Below, one piece after another: positions 23,829-39,730 of a stretch of DNA of 64,000 nucleotides. The notes beneath the pieces are model-generated. The model saw only the letters and a list, made by a program, of their open reading frames with translations. It searched no databases and was not told where the DNA came from. Location: NCBI GenBank assembly GCA_951406725.2, contig OX597815.1:57722001-57786000 (forward strand). The letters run 5' to 3'. A program made the translations under genes and the position numbers. The number at the start of each line of letters is the position of its first letter. Position 1 is the stretch's first letter. The DNA comes from Octopus vulgaris. Taxonomy: Eukaryota.

Positions 23829-24755
23829 AGAAGATAAGAAATGGAGCAATAATTAACAATGGGAAGTGGATCATTGGTGTTTAAAAGTCATTATTTAATT
23901 GAATTTGGAACATTTATAGCTGTTTCTGTTTATCAAATTGGAGTAAATTTATATTTACCTCGTTACATTTAATAAACATCTTCAGAATGATTAGAGGGAA
24001 AAGAAAAAGAAAAGAATTCATTGAAGTTTACATTTTAGTGACTTGTATATTTCCATGTGTTAGTAGATTCCTTCATTGGATGCGTGTGGCAGTAAGTGGT
24101 TACAGTGGCTATAAGTTAGTACCCGAAACTTCAAAGGAAGCCCTTGTATAAAACTAAAGATGCTATTTAAAATTTGTACAATATAGTGTATACAAATGGG
24201 TTATGTAAAGGAATAGCAAAAAGAGTTGAAGAGTACATAAAAATCATTAAAATCAATAGAAAATTATAATGTGTAATATGAGTCTGTAGTCTAGTTATCA
24301 AGTGGATTTAATATAAAGGACTAATGACCTAGTGTACTACGTAGATTATAATATATAGTTCGGTTAATTGGGGTAATTGGTTTAAAATGTGAAGTGAAGT
24401 TAGTCATTGCGCAGTGATCACTATAAGCTTTAAGCTTATAAAATACTATTATTATTTACAAAATTGTAAAAATCAGCACAGCTTAACAAAACCATTCGCA
24501 GTAAAAGCACACAATAGTTTGTTTACAAAAACTGCTGTGAACTAATTATAGTTCTTAAATCTAACAGTAAAAAGCAGGTAGGTTTGCTAGTGTAGGTTTG
24601 TTAGGAGTCACATAAACAGAGAGGTTGGGTTTGCGTCCCACACATATCGGGAAAACATACTTTTTTCTGTTGAGGACTTATATGCACCATTATTAGACTA
24701 TTTTCTTTAGTCATTGCGTGGGGATTGCTATAAGCTTTAAGCTTATAAAATACGA
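23829..24755 (-). mobile_element. Hammerhead-containing AT-rich repeat between (TA)n tracts, Penelope-LTR or retrozyme-like
   Basis: Hammerhead motif at 23911-23989 near the minus-strand 3' end; internal direct repeat with a palindrome at about 24401 and 24708; no ORF. Confidence 0.5.
23911..23989 (-). ncRNA. Candidate type I hammerhead ribozyme with a long stem II
   Basis: Minus strand: CAUU-CUGAAGA-UGUUUAUUAAAU...AUUUGAUAAACA (12-bp stem, one GU pair)-GAAACAGCUAUA-AAUG; stem I CAUU/AAUG. Confidence 0.65.
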
Positions 24756-27232
<2,477 letters not shown>

Positions 27233-27235
27233 GTT

Positions 27236-28535
27236 TTCCTTTGATGTTGCTGCACCTCTTATGCGTCCATAGTTTACACTGGGTACATCTTATGAAGTTT
27301 TACCTTACACCTTTTCTACAGATCAAGCAGCCCACATGAGGTATGCAATTAGGCTCGCCTTTCTGCTACTATAACTTTGGTCTTTGCTACATTTACTCTA
27401 AAGCCTTTTGATTCTAAACCTAGCTTCCACACCCGAAATTTCTTTCATTTCCGGTAGTGATTCTGCTATGTGGGCCAGGTCATCAGTATACAGGAGCTCC
27501 CAGAGGCAAACTGTTTTGAATTCTTCTGTTATTGCCTGGAGGACCATGATGAATAGAAGGACTAAGGGCTGAACCTTGGTGGACCCCTACTTCTACTCCG
27601 GAATTCTTCACTATACTCGTTGCTAATCCTAACCTTACTAACGCCTGTATAGGGGTTCTGCAAGGCCTTATCAACCATTCGTCAATCTCCAGTTTCCGCA
27701 TTGCACACCAGATAAGGGATCGGGGACCCTGTCAAAGGCTTCTCCATGTCCACTAAAGCCAAGTAGAGGGTTTTATCTTTAAATAGGTATTTCTCCTGCA
27801 GTAGTCAAACCAGGAGTATGGCATCAGTGGTGCTTCTACCCGGAACAAAACCGAACTGCATCTCATCTAAGCACTTCCCTAATGAGATGGACTATGTGAC
27901 CTTCATCAAATGATCCAGCAGTTTAAAACCCCTGTAGTTATTTCTATCTAAAGCATCACCTTTACCCTTGTAGCAGTTGACTATGGTGCTGCTACGCCAG
28001 TCATTGGGTATGACTCCGTTATGTACTACCAGTTTACGATGTGTGACTAGGCCAAAGCTCACACTACCGAGATGCTTAAGCATCTCAGCAGTGATTCCTG
28101 ATGGGCCAGGGTTTTTCCTGGCTCATACCCCTAATTGCTCTATCTACTAGGGAGCTGTTTATTAGGATAGCTGGTCCTTCTACTGGGTCAACAGTTGGCA
28201 GGATCTCCTCCTCCCATTCATTTCTCCACATTCAGCAGTATTTCATAATGGCTTCTCCAAGCCTCTTTCTTTTCAGAATCATTAAAAGCAAGTGAACCAT
28301 CATCCACTGGAACACATTTCTCTCCTGTGACATCGCAATTTCGCGCACACTGTCTTGCAATCAAATATCTCAGTTCTTTCGTCCTCACGTTCCCAGACGT
28401 TGAAAACTTTCTTCTTTTCTGCTTCGCCCTTGGCTATGTATACCTGCCGCCCAGGCTCCATTCTGGCTACCTTGTCCCGTTCCCTGCTACCACCATCCTT
28501 CTGGGCTTTCCAGGCCTGATTCTTTGCCCAACAAC
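27236..28535 (-). mobile_element. RTE LINE internal fragment, degenerate
   Basis: NYRGFKLLD, MRKLEIDEWL, GVHQGSALSP; bounded by (TA)n on both sides. Confidence 0.85.
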
Positions 28536-28541
28536 TTTGTG

Positions 28542-28586
<45 letters not shown>

Positions 28587-28589
28587 TTT

Positions 28590-29485
28590 TTTTATTTATC
28601 TAGTTTCAGCTCACAAGCTATGGCCATGCTGGGGCACCGCCATTTGGTGTTGTTACATGATTTTACTTCACGAGTGCTTTTTAGCAATTGCCATTTGGTG
28701 CATGAGAGAGTTCTATGCAGCTGCCCTCATCTGCACCTCCTGCCGTGAAGTTGGTTTATCTGGGACACCTGACAAGAAGAGATCCAGTTTCATTTTAAAA
28801 CATCTGTATCCACCCCATGCAGGTCTCTTAGGTTCTTCGGGAGGATATTGAAGAGTTGTGGGCCTCAGCTCCAGGCTATCACAGTATCTTGCTCTACATC
28901 TTGATGGCAAATTTGGAGTCCTGGCACTATGCAGTGGCACCCAGTTCTTGGCATTTCTGTAACCTCGATGCCAAAGTTTGGGACAAGTCCTAAGATTTTC
29001 CAGATGAATACCATGGCATATCTCTCTTCTCGCCTACGCTCTAAGGGAATAGAGTCTCAATCTCTTGAGTCTTTCCCAATAGCTTATATGCTGCACAGAG
29101 GCTATTCTTCGTTGGATCGCCTCAAGTTCTGTGATTAACTTGGACACTGGATGGTGACCAGCTGAGAGCAATAGTCAAAGTGGTTTAGGACAAGTGTCCT
29201 CCAGAGGACCACTGTTTCCTGGTCTCTTTTTGTTCTAAAGGTCTTAAGAATCCATCCGGTCAGCCACCTACATTTCTCATTGCCAATTTAGCAACATCCA
29301 CATGAAAGGTTGCATCATCACTCATGTAAATACCCAGGTCTCGCACTGATTGTGCCTCTGGGATTGCAATCCTTCCAGGTCCAGTGTACTTATTGGGTAT
29401 TGCATTTAGTTTTGCATGCTGATAGCATAAAACTTGAAACTGCACAGAGGCTATCTTCTTCCTGTAGATTCGTTGGATCGCCTCA
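28590..29485 (-). mobile_element. CR1-type LINE 3' end, degenerate
   Basis: Homologous to 33256-34140 ([26 protein letters not shown]). Confidence 0.85.
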
Positions 29486-29494
29486 CATATATAT

Positions 29495-29550
<56 letters not shown>

Positions 29551-29553
29551 TGC

Positions 29554-29644
<91 letters not shown>

Positions 29645-29732
29645 TATATACATATACACACATATATATATATACATATATATAAATATACATACATATA
29701 TATATATACATACATATATATATATACATACA

Positions 29733-29772
<40 letters not shown>

Positions 29773-29885
29773 CATATATATATACATACATATATATATA
29801 TATACATATATATATACATATATATATACATACATATATATATACATATATATATACATACATATATATATATACATATATATAT

Positions 29886-29923
<38 letters not shown>

Positions 29924-29949
29924 TATGTATGTATATGTATATATATATA

Positions 29950-29984
<35 letters not shown>

Positions 29985-30419
29985 ATATATGTATATGTAT
30001 ATATATATATGTATGTATATGTATATATATATGTATATGTATATATATATATGTATGTATATGTATATATATATGTATATGTATATATATATATATGTAT
30101 ATATATATATGTATGTATATATATATATGTATATATATATGTATGTATATATATATGTATGTATATATATATATATATGTATATATATATGTATGTATAT
30201 ATATGTATATATATATATATATGTATATATATATGTATGTATATATATGTATATATATATATATGTATATATATATATGTATGTATATATATATATGTAT
30301 ATATATATGTATGTATATATATATGTATGTATATATATATATATGTATATATATATGTATGTATATATATGTATAAATATATATATATGTATATATATAT
30401 ATGTATATATATATGTATG

Positions 30420-30458
<39 letters not shown>

Positions 30459-30526
30459 GTGTATGTATATATATGTGTATATATATATATGTGTATATAT
30501 ATATGTGTATATATGTATATATATGA

Positions 30527-30582
<56 letters not shown>

Positions 30583-30708
30583 GTATATATATATATATGT
30601 ATATATATATATGTATATATATATATGTATGTATATATGTATGTATGTATATATGTATGTATGTATATATGTATGTATGTATATATGTATGTATATGTAT
30701 GTATATGT

Positions 30709-30754
<46 letters not shown>

Positions 30755-30773
30755 GTATATATATATATATGTA

Positions 30774-30840
<67 letters not shown>

Positions 30841-30899
30841 GTATATATATATATAGATATATAGATATATATATACATACATATGTATATATATATATA
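29486..30899. repeat. About 1.4-kb (TA)n tract, TACA-interrupted on the left and TATG-interrupted on the right
   Basis: Read directly; interruption polarity flips at about 29885. Confidence 0.97.
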
Positions 30900-33237
30900 A
30901 CCTGCTGAGAGCCACTGACCAGATCTGTGGCTGGTGCAAAGTCCCCTCTCGTCCCAAGGTATTGTGGTGGTGGAACAATGTTGTAGACAGGGCTATTAGA
31001 GAAAAGAGACAGGCTTGGAAGGACTGGAAGTATGGTGGTAGCAGGGAATTGTATCAGGCTGCCAAAAGGGAATGACTGGTGTCAACTGCTACAAAGGTAA
31101 AGGTGATGCCCTAGATACAAATAATTACAGAGGTATCAAGCTGTTGGATCAGGTAATGAAGGTTACGGAGAGGGTCATAGCCCAACTAATTAGAGAGAGA
31201 GTTAGTTTAGATGAGATGCAGTTTGGGTTCGTGCCAGGGAAAAGTACCACTGATGCTATATTCCTGGTAAGTCAGCTGCAGGAGAAGCACCTAGCCAAAG
31301 ATAAGCCCCTGTACCTGGCTTTTGTTGACATGGAGAAAGCCTTCGACAGGGTCCCCCAATCCTTTATCTGGTGGTCAATGAGGAAACTAGGGATAGATGA
31401 ATGGTTAGTGAGAGCTGTGCAAGCCATGTACAGGGGCGCTGCTAGTAAGGTGAGGGTTGGCAACGAGTACAGTGAAGAATTCCGGGTAGAGGTAGGGGTC
31501 CACCAAGGCTCAGTCCTCAGCCCCTTCCTATTTACCATAGTCCTCCAGGCAATAACGGAGGAATTCAAGACAGGATGCCCCTGGGAGCTCCTCTATGCTG
31601 ATGACCTTGCTCTAATTGCTGAGTCTCTATCAGAACTGGAGTAGAAGTTTCAGGTGTGGAAGCAAGGATTAGAATCGAACGGCCTTAGAGTCAGTCTAGC
31701 TAAAACCAAAGTCCTAATAAGTAGGAAGGTGGACAAATCACACATGCCTTCAGGTAGATGGCCCTGCTCAATCTTTAGAAAAGGTGTAGGTAGAAACTCT
31801 ATAAGATGCACCAAGTGTAAGCTATGGACACATAAGAGGTGCAGCAATGTCAAAGGAAGGCTAACTAGGAAGATGGTTTTTGTATGTGGCAGATGCTCAG
31901 GAACAATAAACACTGAAAATGCTCTGAGACCAACTTCTGTCACTTTCCAGGGAGAAAAACTAGAAATAGTTGATAGCTTCTGTTACCTAGGTGACCAAGT
32001 CAGCAGCGGGGGCGGGTGTGCTGAAAGTGTAACTGCTAGAGTAAGAATAGCTTGGGCAAAGTTCAGAGAGCTCTTACCTCTGCTGGTTACAAAAGGCCTC
32101 TCGCTCAGAGTAAAAGGCAGACTGTATGACGCATGTGTACGAACAGCCATGCTACATGGCAGTGAAACATGGGCCGTGACTGCTGAGGATATGCGTAAGC
32201 TCGCAAGAAATGAAGCCAGTATGCTCCGATGGATGTGTAATGTCAGTGTTCATACTCGACATAGTGTAAGTACCTTGAGAGAAAAGCTAGACCTAAGAAG
32301 CATCAGATGTGGTGTGCAAGAGAGACGTTTGCGTTGGTATGGTCATGTGGCGAGAATGGATGAAGATAGTTGTGTGAAAAAGTGCCACACCCTAGCGGTT
32401 GTGGGAACCTGTGGAAGAGGCAGACCCAGGAAAACCTGGGTCGAGGTGGTGAAGCACGACCTTCGAACTTTAGGTCTCACTGAGGAGGTGACTAGAGACC
32501 GAGACCTATGGAAGTATGCTGTGCGTGAGAAGACTCGGCAGGACTAGTGAGACCATTACCCGTGGCATCTCTACCGGGGATGTAGCCAGTCGACTTAAGC
32601 ATGCCTTTCCTTCTTGGGACACAAAACTCCACTTGTGAAGACCCGTTGAGGCAAGTGCAAATCGAAATCAAAATCAAATCAAATCAGAAATCAGAACCAA
32701 AATTGAAGTCGATCAACATCAATGGAAATTGCAGCTGCGATACCAGTGCCGGTGACACATAAGCGTACCATCTGATAGTGTCCATGGCCAGCGCCGTCCC
32801 GACTGGCCCCCATGCCGGTGGCACGTAAAAAGCACCACCTGACCATGTCCGTTGCCAGCGCCGCCCCTACTGGCCTCCGTGCCGGTGGCACATAAAAAGC
32901 ACCATCCGAACGTGGCCGTTGCCAGCCTTGCCTGGCCGTTGCCAGCCTTGCCTGGCCGTTGCCAGCCTTGCCTGGCCGTTGCCAGCCTTGCCTGGCCCCC
33001 GTGCCGGTGGCATGTAAAAAGCACCATCTGCCAGCCTCGTCTGGCACCTGTGCGGGTGGCACGTAAAAAGCTCCCACTACACTCACGGAGTGGTTGGCGT
33101 TAGGAAGGGCATCCAACCGTAGAAACACTGCCAGATCAGACTGGGCCTGGTGCAGCCTTCAGGCTTCCCAGACCCCAGTTGAACTGTCCAACCCATGCTA
33201 TCATGGAAAGCGGATGCTAAATGATGATGATGATGAT
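30900..33237 (+). mobile_element. RTE LINE, young, 5'-truncated; RT interrupted by one in-frame TAG
   Basis: NYRGIKLL, QFGF, FVDMEKAFD, GVHQGSVLSP, LYADD, stop at 31642-31644, then NLAKTK-like motif, Cys-rich insert and FCYLG; 3' UTR with a 20-bp tandem (TGGCCGTTGCCAGCCTTGCC)x4; (ATG)n tail. Confidence 0.93.
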
Positions 33238-33255
33238 ATATATACACATAATATA

Positions 33256-34815
33256 TGATTTTGATTTTGATTTGATTTTGATTTTTCCAGTTTCAGCTTA
33301 TGAGCTGTGGCCATGCTGGGGCACCGCCATTTGATGTTGCTACTTGGTTTCACTTCATGAAGGCTTTCTAGCAACTGCTATTTGGTGCATGAGAGAGTTC
33401 GATGCAGCTGCCCTCATCTGCCCCTCCTGCCGTGAATTTGGTTCATCTGGGACACCTGACAAGAAGAGATCCAGCTTCATTTTAAAGACATCTGTATCCA
33501 CCCCATGCAGGTCTCTCAGGTTCTTCGGGAGGATATTGAAGAGCTGTGGGCCTCGGAAGCCCAGGCTATCACAGAATCTTGTCCTACATCTTGATGGCAG
33601 GTTTGGAGTCCTAGGCACCACGCAGTGGCGCCCAGTTCTGGCATTTGCGTAACTCTTGATGCCAAAGTTCAGGACACTTCCCTCCAGGATCTTCCAGATG
33701 TATATTATGGCATATCTTTCCCGCCTACGCTCCAGGGAATATAATTTTAATCTCTTGAGTCTTTCCCAGTAGCTTACATTCTGCATAGAGGCTATCTTCT
33801 TTGTGTAGCTTCGTTGGATCGCCTCAAGTTCTGTGATCAACTTGACACTGGATGGTGACCATAGCTGAGAGCAATAGTCAAAGTGGCTTAGGACAAGTGT
33901 CTTCCAGAGGACCATCATGGTTTCTTGTTCTCTTGTTCTAAAGGTTCTAAGAATCCAGCCAGCCAGCCGTCTACATCTCATTGTCAGTTTAGCAACATGT
34001 ACACGAAAGGTCGCGTCATCACTCATGTAAATACCTAGGTCACGCACTGATTGTGCCTCTGGGATTGCTATTCCTCCGGGTCCAGTGTAATCATTGGGTA
34101 TTGCATTTAGTTTTGCATGCTGATAGTATAGAGCTTGAAACTTTTCAGCATTGAACTGCATGCTATTCTTTTCGGCCCACTTGTATATTTTGTCTAGCTC
34201 ACATTGCAGGTGTTTAGTGTCCTCAGGGTTCTGTATTGCCTGTGAAACTTTTGTATCATCTGCATAACTTGTGATCGTGGCTCTCTGCGTGGCTGAGGGC
34301 ATGTCTGAGAGGGCCATTATGAACAGTAGTGGTCCCAGAACAGTGGTGCCCTGCGGAACACCGCTCACTATTTGCGTGTTAATGGAAGTGGCCCCATTGG
34401 CCACTACCACCTGATTTCTATCTTTCAGAAAGTCATGAAGCCATTCTCCCAGTTTTCCAACTATGTTGAGATCACGCAGTTTGTGACATATCATTCCATG
34501 ATCGACTTTATCAAAGGCCTTTGCAAAGTCGAGATATATCACTTCCACATTTGAGTGGTTGAGCAGCCGTTTCAGCACCCAGTCATAGTGTTGTAGGAGC
34601 TGAGTTAAACAGCTTCTCCCTGGTCGGAAACCATGTTGGGTGTCGGGCAGCAAGTCATTTTCTTCAAGGAAGGTGATCAGCTTCCTTCTGACTATTCGTT
34701 CCATGACCTTGCTGATGTGTGAGGTCAGAGAGATAGGTCTATAGTTCTTGGCTTCCACTCTGCTACCTCCTTTATGAATGGGGCATATTTTACCTTCCTT
34801 CAGTCTAAAACTCAA
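33256..34815 (-). mobile_element. CR1-type LINE, 5'-truncated, with an open 486-aa RT/C-terminal ORF
   Basis: NYRPISLTS, QHGFRPGRSC, YLDFAKAFDKV, SGVPQG, YADDTK, DLGI; short 3' UTR and (AAATCA)n-like tail. Confidence 0.93.
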
Positions 34816-34819
34816 GAAC

Positions 34820-36573
34820 TACCCAGCCAATCTTTTGGATTGGTTTGGTATTATGTGTCCAAAGTGAATATTGTTTCACTTTTATTCTTTCACTTTTACT
34901 TCTAATGTGATAACATGACATTCAAGGTATATGAAAATACACATTTACCGTTCAATTACCAGTTAATAATTATTACAGCAGTTGCAAGGTATTTACAGTT
35001 ACATATTTACCCTTAAATTAACATTTAATACGTGTGTTTAATATATATATATATATATATGCATACATACATATATATTAAGAAATTTATAATAATTATT
35101 GTGGCATTTATCGTTGAATTAATTTTTTTTCGTTTCTATTAAAACAGTATAACATTTTATAGAAATAATCTTTCTATAGTCAAATATAGTACAGGACATT
35201 TTAGACAATGACAATGTCACATTTTGTATATGAGTGTATGAATGTGTATGAGTCTGTCAGTGTGTGTGTCTTTCTGCATTTGATGACAACATCACATTTT
35301 GTATATGAGTGTCTATGTGTCTGTGAGTGTATGAGTGTGGTGTATGTGTCTGAGTGTGTGTGTGTTTCTGCATTAGGGATGTTATTCAACACACATCTAC
35401 ACATACATATACATGTGACATTTGACATGCATGAATGTATGTCTGTATGTGCCACTCTCACTATATAGTATTACACCCCACAACTGTCAATATGCAATTT
35501 TTTTTCATTTCTATTAAAACAATATAGCATTTCATAGGCATAATCTTTCTATAGTCAATTATATAGTACAGGACATTTTATGTGAGTGTGTTTGTGTGTT
35601 CGATACATATGAGATATAAAGGACATTTTATACCACAACGATGACATCACATTTTCTATATGAATGTGTATATGTCTGAGTGTGCGCGTTTGCATGTTTG
35701 TTACACACAGTATTAAACACACACATTTACACATACATATACATATTTGACGAGAATGACTGTAGGTGAAACTCTTGACAAAAAACTATTAGGTGGCATG
35801 TCCAAGATGTATAAAAATGCACATCTATTGTTCAATTACCAGTTCATAATTAGTGAAGCAGTTGCAAGTTATTTACAATTTGCTTATATTTGGTTAATTT
35901 ACACTGCATACAAAACTACATACAACTGCTTACAAAAATAAAGATTAATGTATATTTTTTTTTTATGTTCATAATTTTTTGATTACAATATTGAAAAAAA
36001 ATATGCCACCAAAGAAAAAAACTTAATTTCTCTAGAAACACCTATTAACAAAGATGATTGCAGAAAACCCAAGACGAGAGTTTCAAAAGATAAGGGACAT
36101 GAGACTTTCTCAAGATCAGCAAAGGCATGCTGCAGCATGTCGGATGAAGTCTCAAAATAGAAGGGAGATGAGACTTTCTCAAGATCAACAAAGGCATGCT
36201 TCCACATGTCTGATGGAGTCTTAAGAGAGACTTAATGCTGAATCATTAAAACCACATTTAGCATGCCAAATTACACAGAGGTCTAATAGAATAGCTCTCA
36301 GAAACAGACAGCATACAAATTTATTCTTCACAACTCCAGGAACTACTTTCAGATATGATCTATCCCATTCTTATAAGAATCATAATTCTGTCCAAATTAG
36401 TGTGCTAAACTCAAATCGTCATTTCTGCAAGGCTTTAAAATTTACTCCACAAATGTTTTGCCATCAATGCTGCACTTTCCCATATCACCTGTTTCAACAT
36501 AACTGTAATATATATATACAAACTATGCCATTTTAATCCCAAGCAATGCCAAAATGCCAAGTATCTCAGCTAG
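34820..36573 (+). mobile_element. Degenerate Helitron carrying a Rep/Hel N-terminal remnant; 5' boundary uncertain
   Basis: 3' end ...GCAATGCC...GTATCTCAGCTAG|T into (TA)n; remnant frame with 69-nt (23-aa) repeats MRLSQDQQRHA and FRYDLSHSY...VQI...HFCKALKF...QMFC; internal tandem duplications at 35120-35745. Confidence 0.7.
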
Positions 36574-36613
<40 letters not shown>

Positions 36614-36630
36614 ATAATATATTTATATAC

Positions 36631-36662
<32 letters not shown>

Positions 36663-36949
36663 ATGTATAATCTACACATATATGTTCATATATATATGTG
36701 TGTGTGCGTATCATATACACATACACCCATATGTTCTTGTGTGTATGTATATAATATACATATACACACATATGTCCTTATCTGTGTATATGCATATACT
36801 TTGGTATTAATGTCTGTATAAACACAGCATGGAACCTTTTATTTAGAACTCAGTGATTCATTTCACTGCAAAGCTCATCACAAATATGGATTCATGTTAA
36901 TATACACATAATTATATGAAGTAGATGCAGAGGTTTTAATATCCACAAA

Positions 36950-37012
<63 letters not shown>

Positions 37013-37051
37013 ATCATCATCATCGTTTATGATGATATATATATATATTAT

Positions 37052-37086
<35 letters not shown>

Positions 37087-37099
37087 TATATATATATAT

Positions 37100-37480
37100 T
37101 CTTCTGTTCTTTTATTCCTTTATTTGTTTCAGTCATTTGACTGTGGCTATGCTGGAGCACCGCTTTTAATCGAGCAAATCAACCCCAGGACTTATTCTTT
37201 GTAAGCCTAGTACTTATTCTATCGGTCGCTTTTGCCGAACCGTTAAGTTACGGGGACATAAACTCACCAGCATCATTTGTCAAGTGATGATGGAAGAAAA
37301 AAAAAACACACACACACACATATACAACAGGCTTTTTTCAGTTTCCATCTACCAAATCCACTCACAAGGCTTTGGTCAGCCCGAGGATATAGTAGAAAAC
37401 ACTTGCCCAAGGTGCCATAGAATGGGACTGAACCAAGAACCATGTGGCTGGAAAGCAAGCTACTTACCACACAGCCAATA
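37100..37480 (-). mobile_element. tRNA-derived SINE, reverse orientation
   Basis: ACACTTGCCCAAGGTGCC...GGGACTGAACC...CTTACCACACAGCC is the reverse complement of the head of the 16610 family. Confidence 0.78.
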
Positions 37481-38055
37481 AAAACAAGATGATTTCTTTA
37501 ACAAACCACTTCCTCAGAGGAGGTATGTTATTTTTTGTTGAACTGGTTGGTTATAGAAACAGCTGTAAGAAAGATGTCTTGAATAAACCTTACTTGTTTT
37601 ACACTGAATATTTAATCATTATATGCACGCACACACACACACACTCATCTAACCCATGCAAGCATGGAAAAGTAGGCATTAAGAATTATAATAATGACCA
37701 TGATGATATTTATGTATGTGTTTATTGTATGTGTAAATATGTTAGACTCCATATTTTCTTTTGTACTGTGAAAGAGAAAGCTGTGAAGGGAATTTGTGTT
37801 TAGCTGAATTCATATATGCCGTTGGTTGACATTGAACCCAGAACAAAGAGATATTTATCTTCTACAATAATTTTATACCTAGAAACCATTACACAAGATG
37901 CTAAGTTGCCTGCCTAATATTTTCTAGTAATATTTTTTTGCGTTAATTCTTTTTTGTTATATAATTAAGTATCACTAGTACTTAATTATTTAACAATAAC
38001 ACATTTTGAATTAAACTCTGTGAAATTTCACTTCATACAACAGCCCAGGATTGTA

Positions 38056-38894
38056 TGAGGTGGGTACCCAAAAGAAACTGGAATTTTGCAATATTATTTT
38101 ATTCACTTGGTTTTATATGTTTACACTCTTATCACCTTCAAAGTATTCTCCATCCAAAGTGATGCATCAGTCCGGGCACACTTTCCACTAGTCAAAGCAG
38201 TACTGGAACTCTTGTGAAGTGATGCTTTTTAATGCCTCTGTCATTTTTTTCTTCACCTCTTCAACACCTGCAAATTCCATAGCTTTTGTCACCAGTGATG
38301 ACCATCAAAAAATACCCAGATCAGCTTCCAGCTGTTCTTTCAGTTCATGACTGCTTTTGATCTTCCATGAGCAAGCAAGGCACAAATTTTTTGCTGCAAC
38401 TCTTTTCATTCGCAATTCCTTGCTCAAAATTTATTGGTAGGAACTCCAGGACACACCAGTTATATCAACAAGTTCATCAATTGTTCGGTGACAGTCCAAG
38501 ATCAGTTCATGAATTTTCATTTGTTCTGAGCAAGGTTGATCTTCAAGCAACAAGTGACCATTCCTAAAGTGTGGAAACCACTCATAAACTTGTGCTTTGT
38601 TCATGGAGCATCCTTATAAGCTGTTTGAAGCATGACAGCAGTTTTGGCTGCTGTTTTCGCCAGCAGAAAACAGAATTTCACAGAAGTACTCTGTTCCTTC
38701 ATTTCAGCCATTGCAAAAATCAGGGGAGAAGCATTACAAAACAAAGATGCACCACATGGCAGTATGACTTTATGCAACCAGTCAGCATTATGATGCCTGG
38801 GGGTTGTATCAAGTGGCTTCTAGCAGCAGTAGCCTAAACTACAACAGGTTTGTCCCATGGAAAATGTTTCCAGTTACTTTTGGGTACCCCCTCG
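38056..38894 (-). mobile_element. Mariner transposon, internally deleted, both TIRs present
   Basis: TA|TGAGGTGGGTACCCAAAAGAAACTGGAA ... TTCCAGTTACTTTTGGGTACCCCCTCG|TA; homologous to 9895-10742. Confidence 0.87.
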
Positions 38895-39535
38895 TATTAC
38901 TCCACCTGATTATCTTCACATAAGAAGAACATGTAAATAATTTCAGAACTAATTCTCCTGTTTTGTTATTGATTACTGGATAAGCTGGGTGGATAAATCT
39001 GCAAAGAGTGTGAGAGGTAAGTGGTAGATGGTTAGTGATAGGGGTAGAGGGGAATGTGTGGTGGCATGGCCAATGGTAAAGATAGGTTTGGGTGGGGGAA
39101 GCTATAAAATAGAAGTGACACAGGCCTATTATGCATATAGACATAAGCATAAGTCTTTTGTTGTGACAATTAAGTCTTCCCAAGCATAATAAATTGGCAG
39201 TCATTAGTCCTTTGTTGTCTCCTCATTGAGTTTCAACATCCTGAAATTGGCTTTTACTATCTTATCCCGCATCTTCCTGGGTTCCCTCTTCCACAAGTTC
39301 AAGCCACATTTAACCCTCAGCACTTTTTTTATATAACTATCCTCTTCCCTATGCCTCAGATGACATGGGGATTCATATAATCAACTAAAACCATTGAAGT
39401 CAGTATAATTGCAGTCAAACAACTAAGTCAGATAAGTATATATATATATTTAAATTTGTTCATCCATTTTAATACTTTTTGTTTGTATAGTTGCATTATA
39501 CAATTTATCTCATTAACCAACATTGATTATTTCAG

Positions 39536-39647
39536 ACATCCTGTATTTGAAAGACGAGGTGATGATCTTTATACCAATGTAACAATAAGTTTAACAGATG
39601 CTTTACTAGGATTTGAAATGGATATCAGCCATTTAGATGGTCATAAA
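39536..39647 (+). CDS. DNAJB11: DNAJB11 internal coding exon, 112 nt
   Basis: Acceptor tttcag|A and donor AAA|gtaagt; encodes [37 protein letters not shown]. Confidence 0.97.
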
Positions 39648-39730
39648 GTAAGTTGTTAGTATTTGTTTACATTTGATTAACCAGTGTGGAATGCATATTG
39701 TCCAATTTAACAAGATTTGAGAATCATACT

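Noticed and set aside
32913-32996. Regular 20-bp repeats and spaced TGGCACGTAAAAAGCACC modules resembling a CRISPR array
   Set aside because: Tandem units inside a eukaryotic LINE 3' UTR; spacers are homologous to each other and there are no cas genes.
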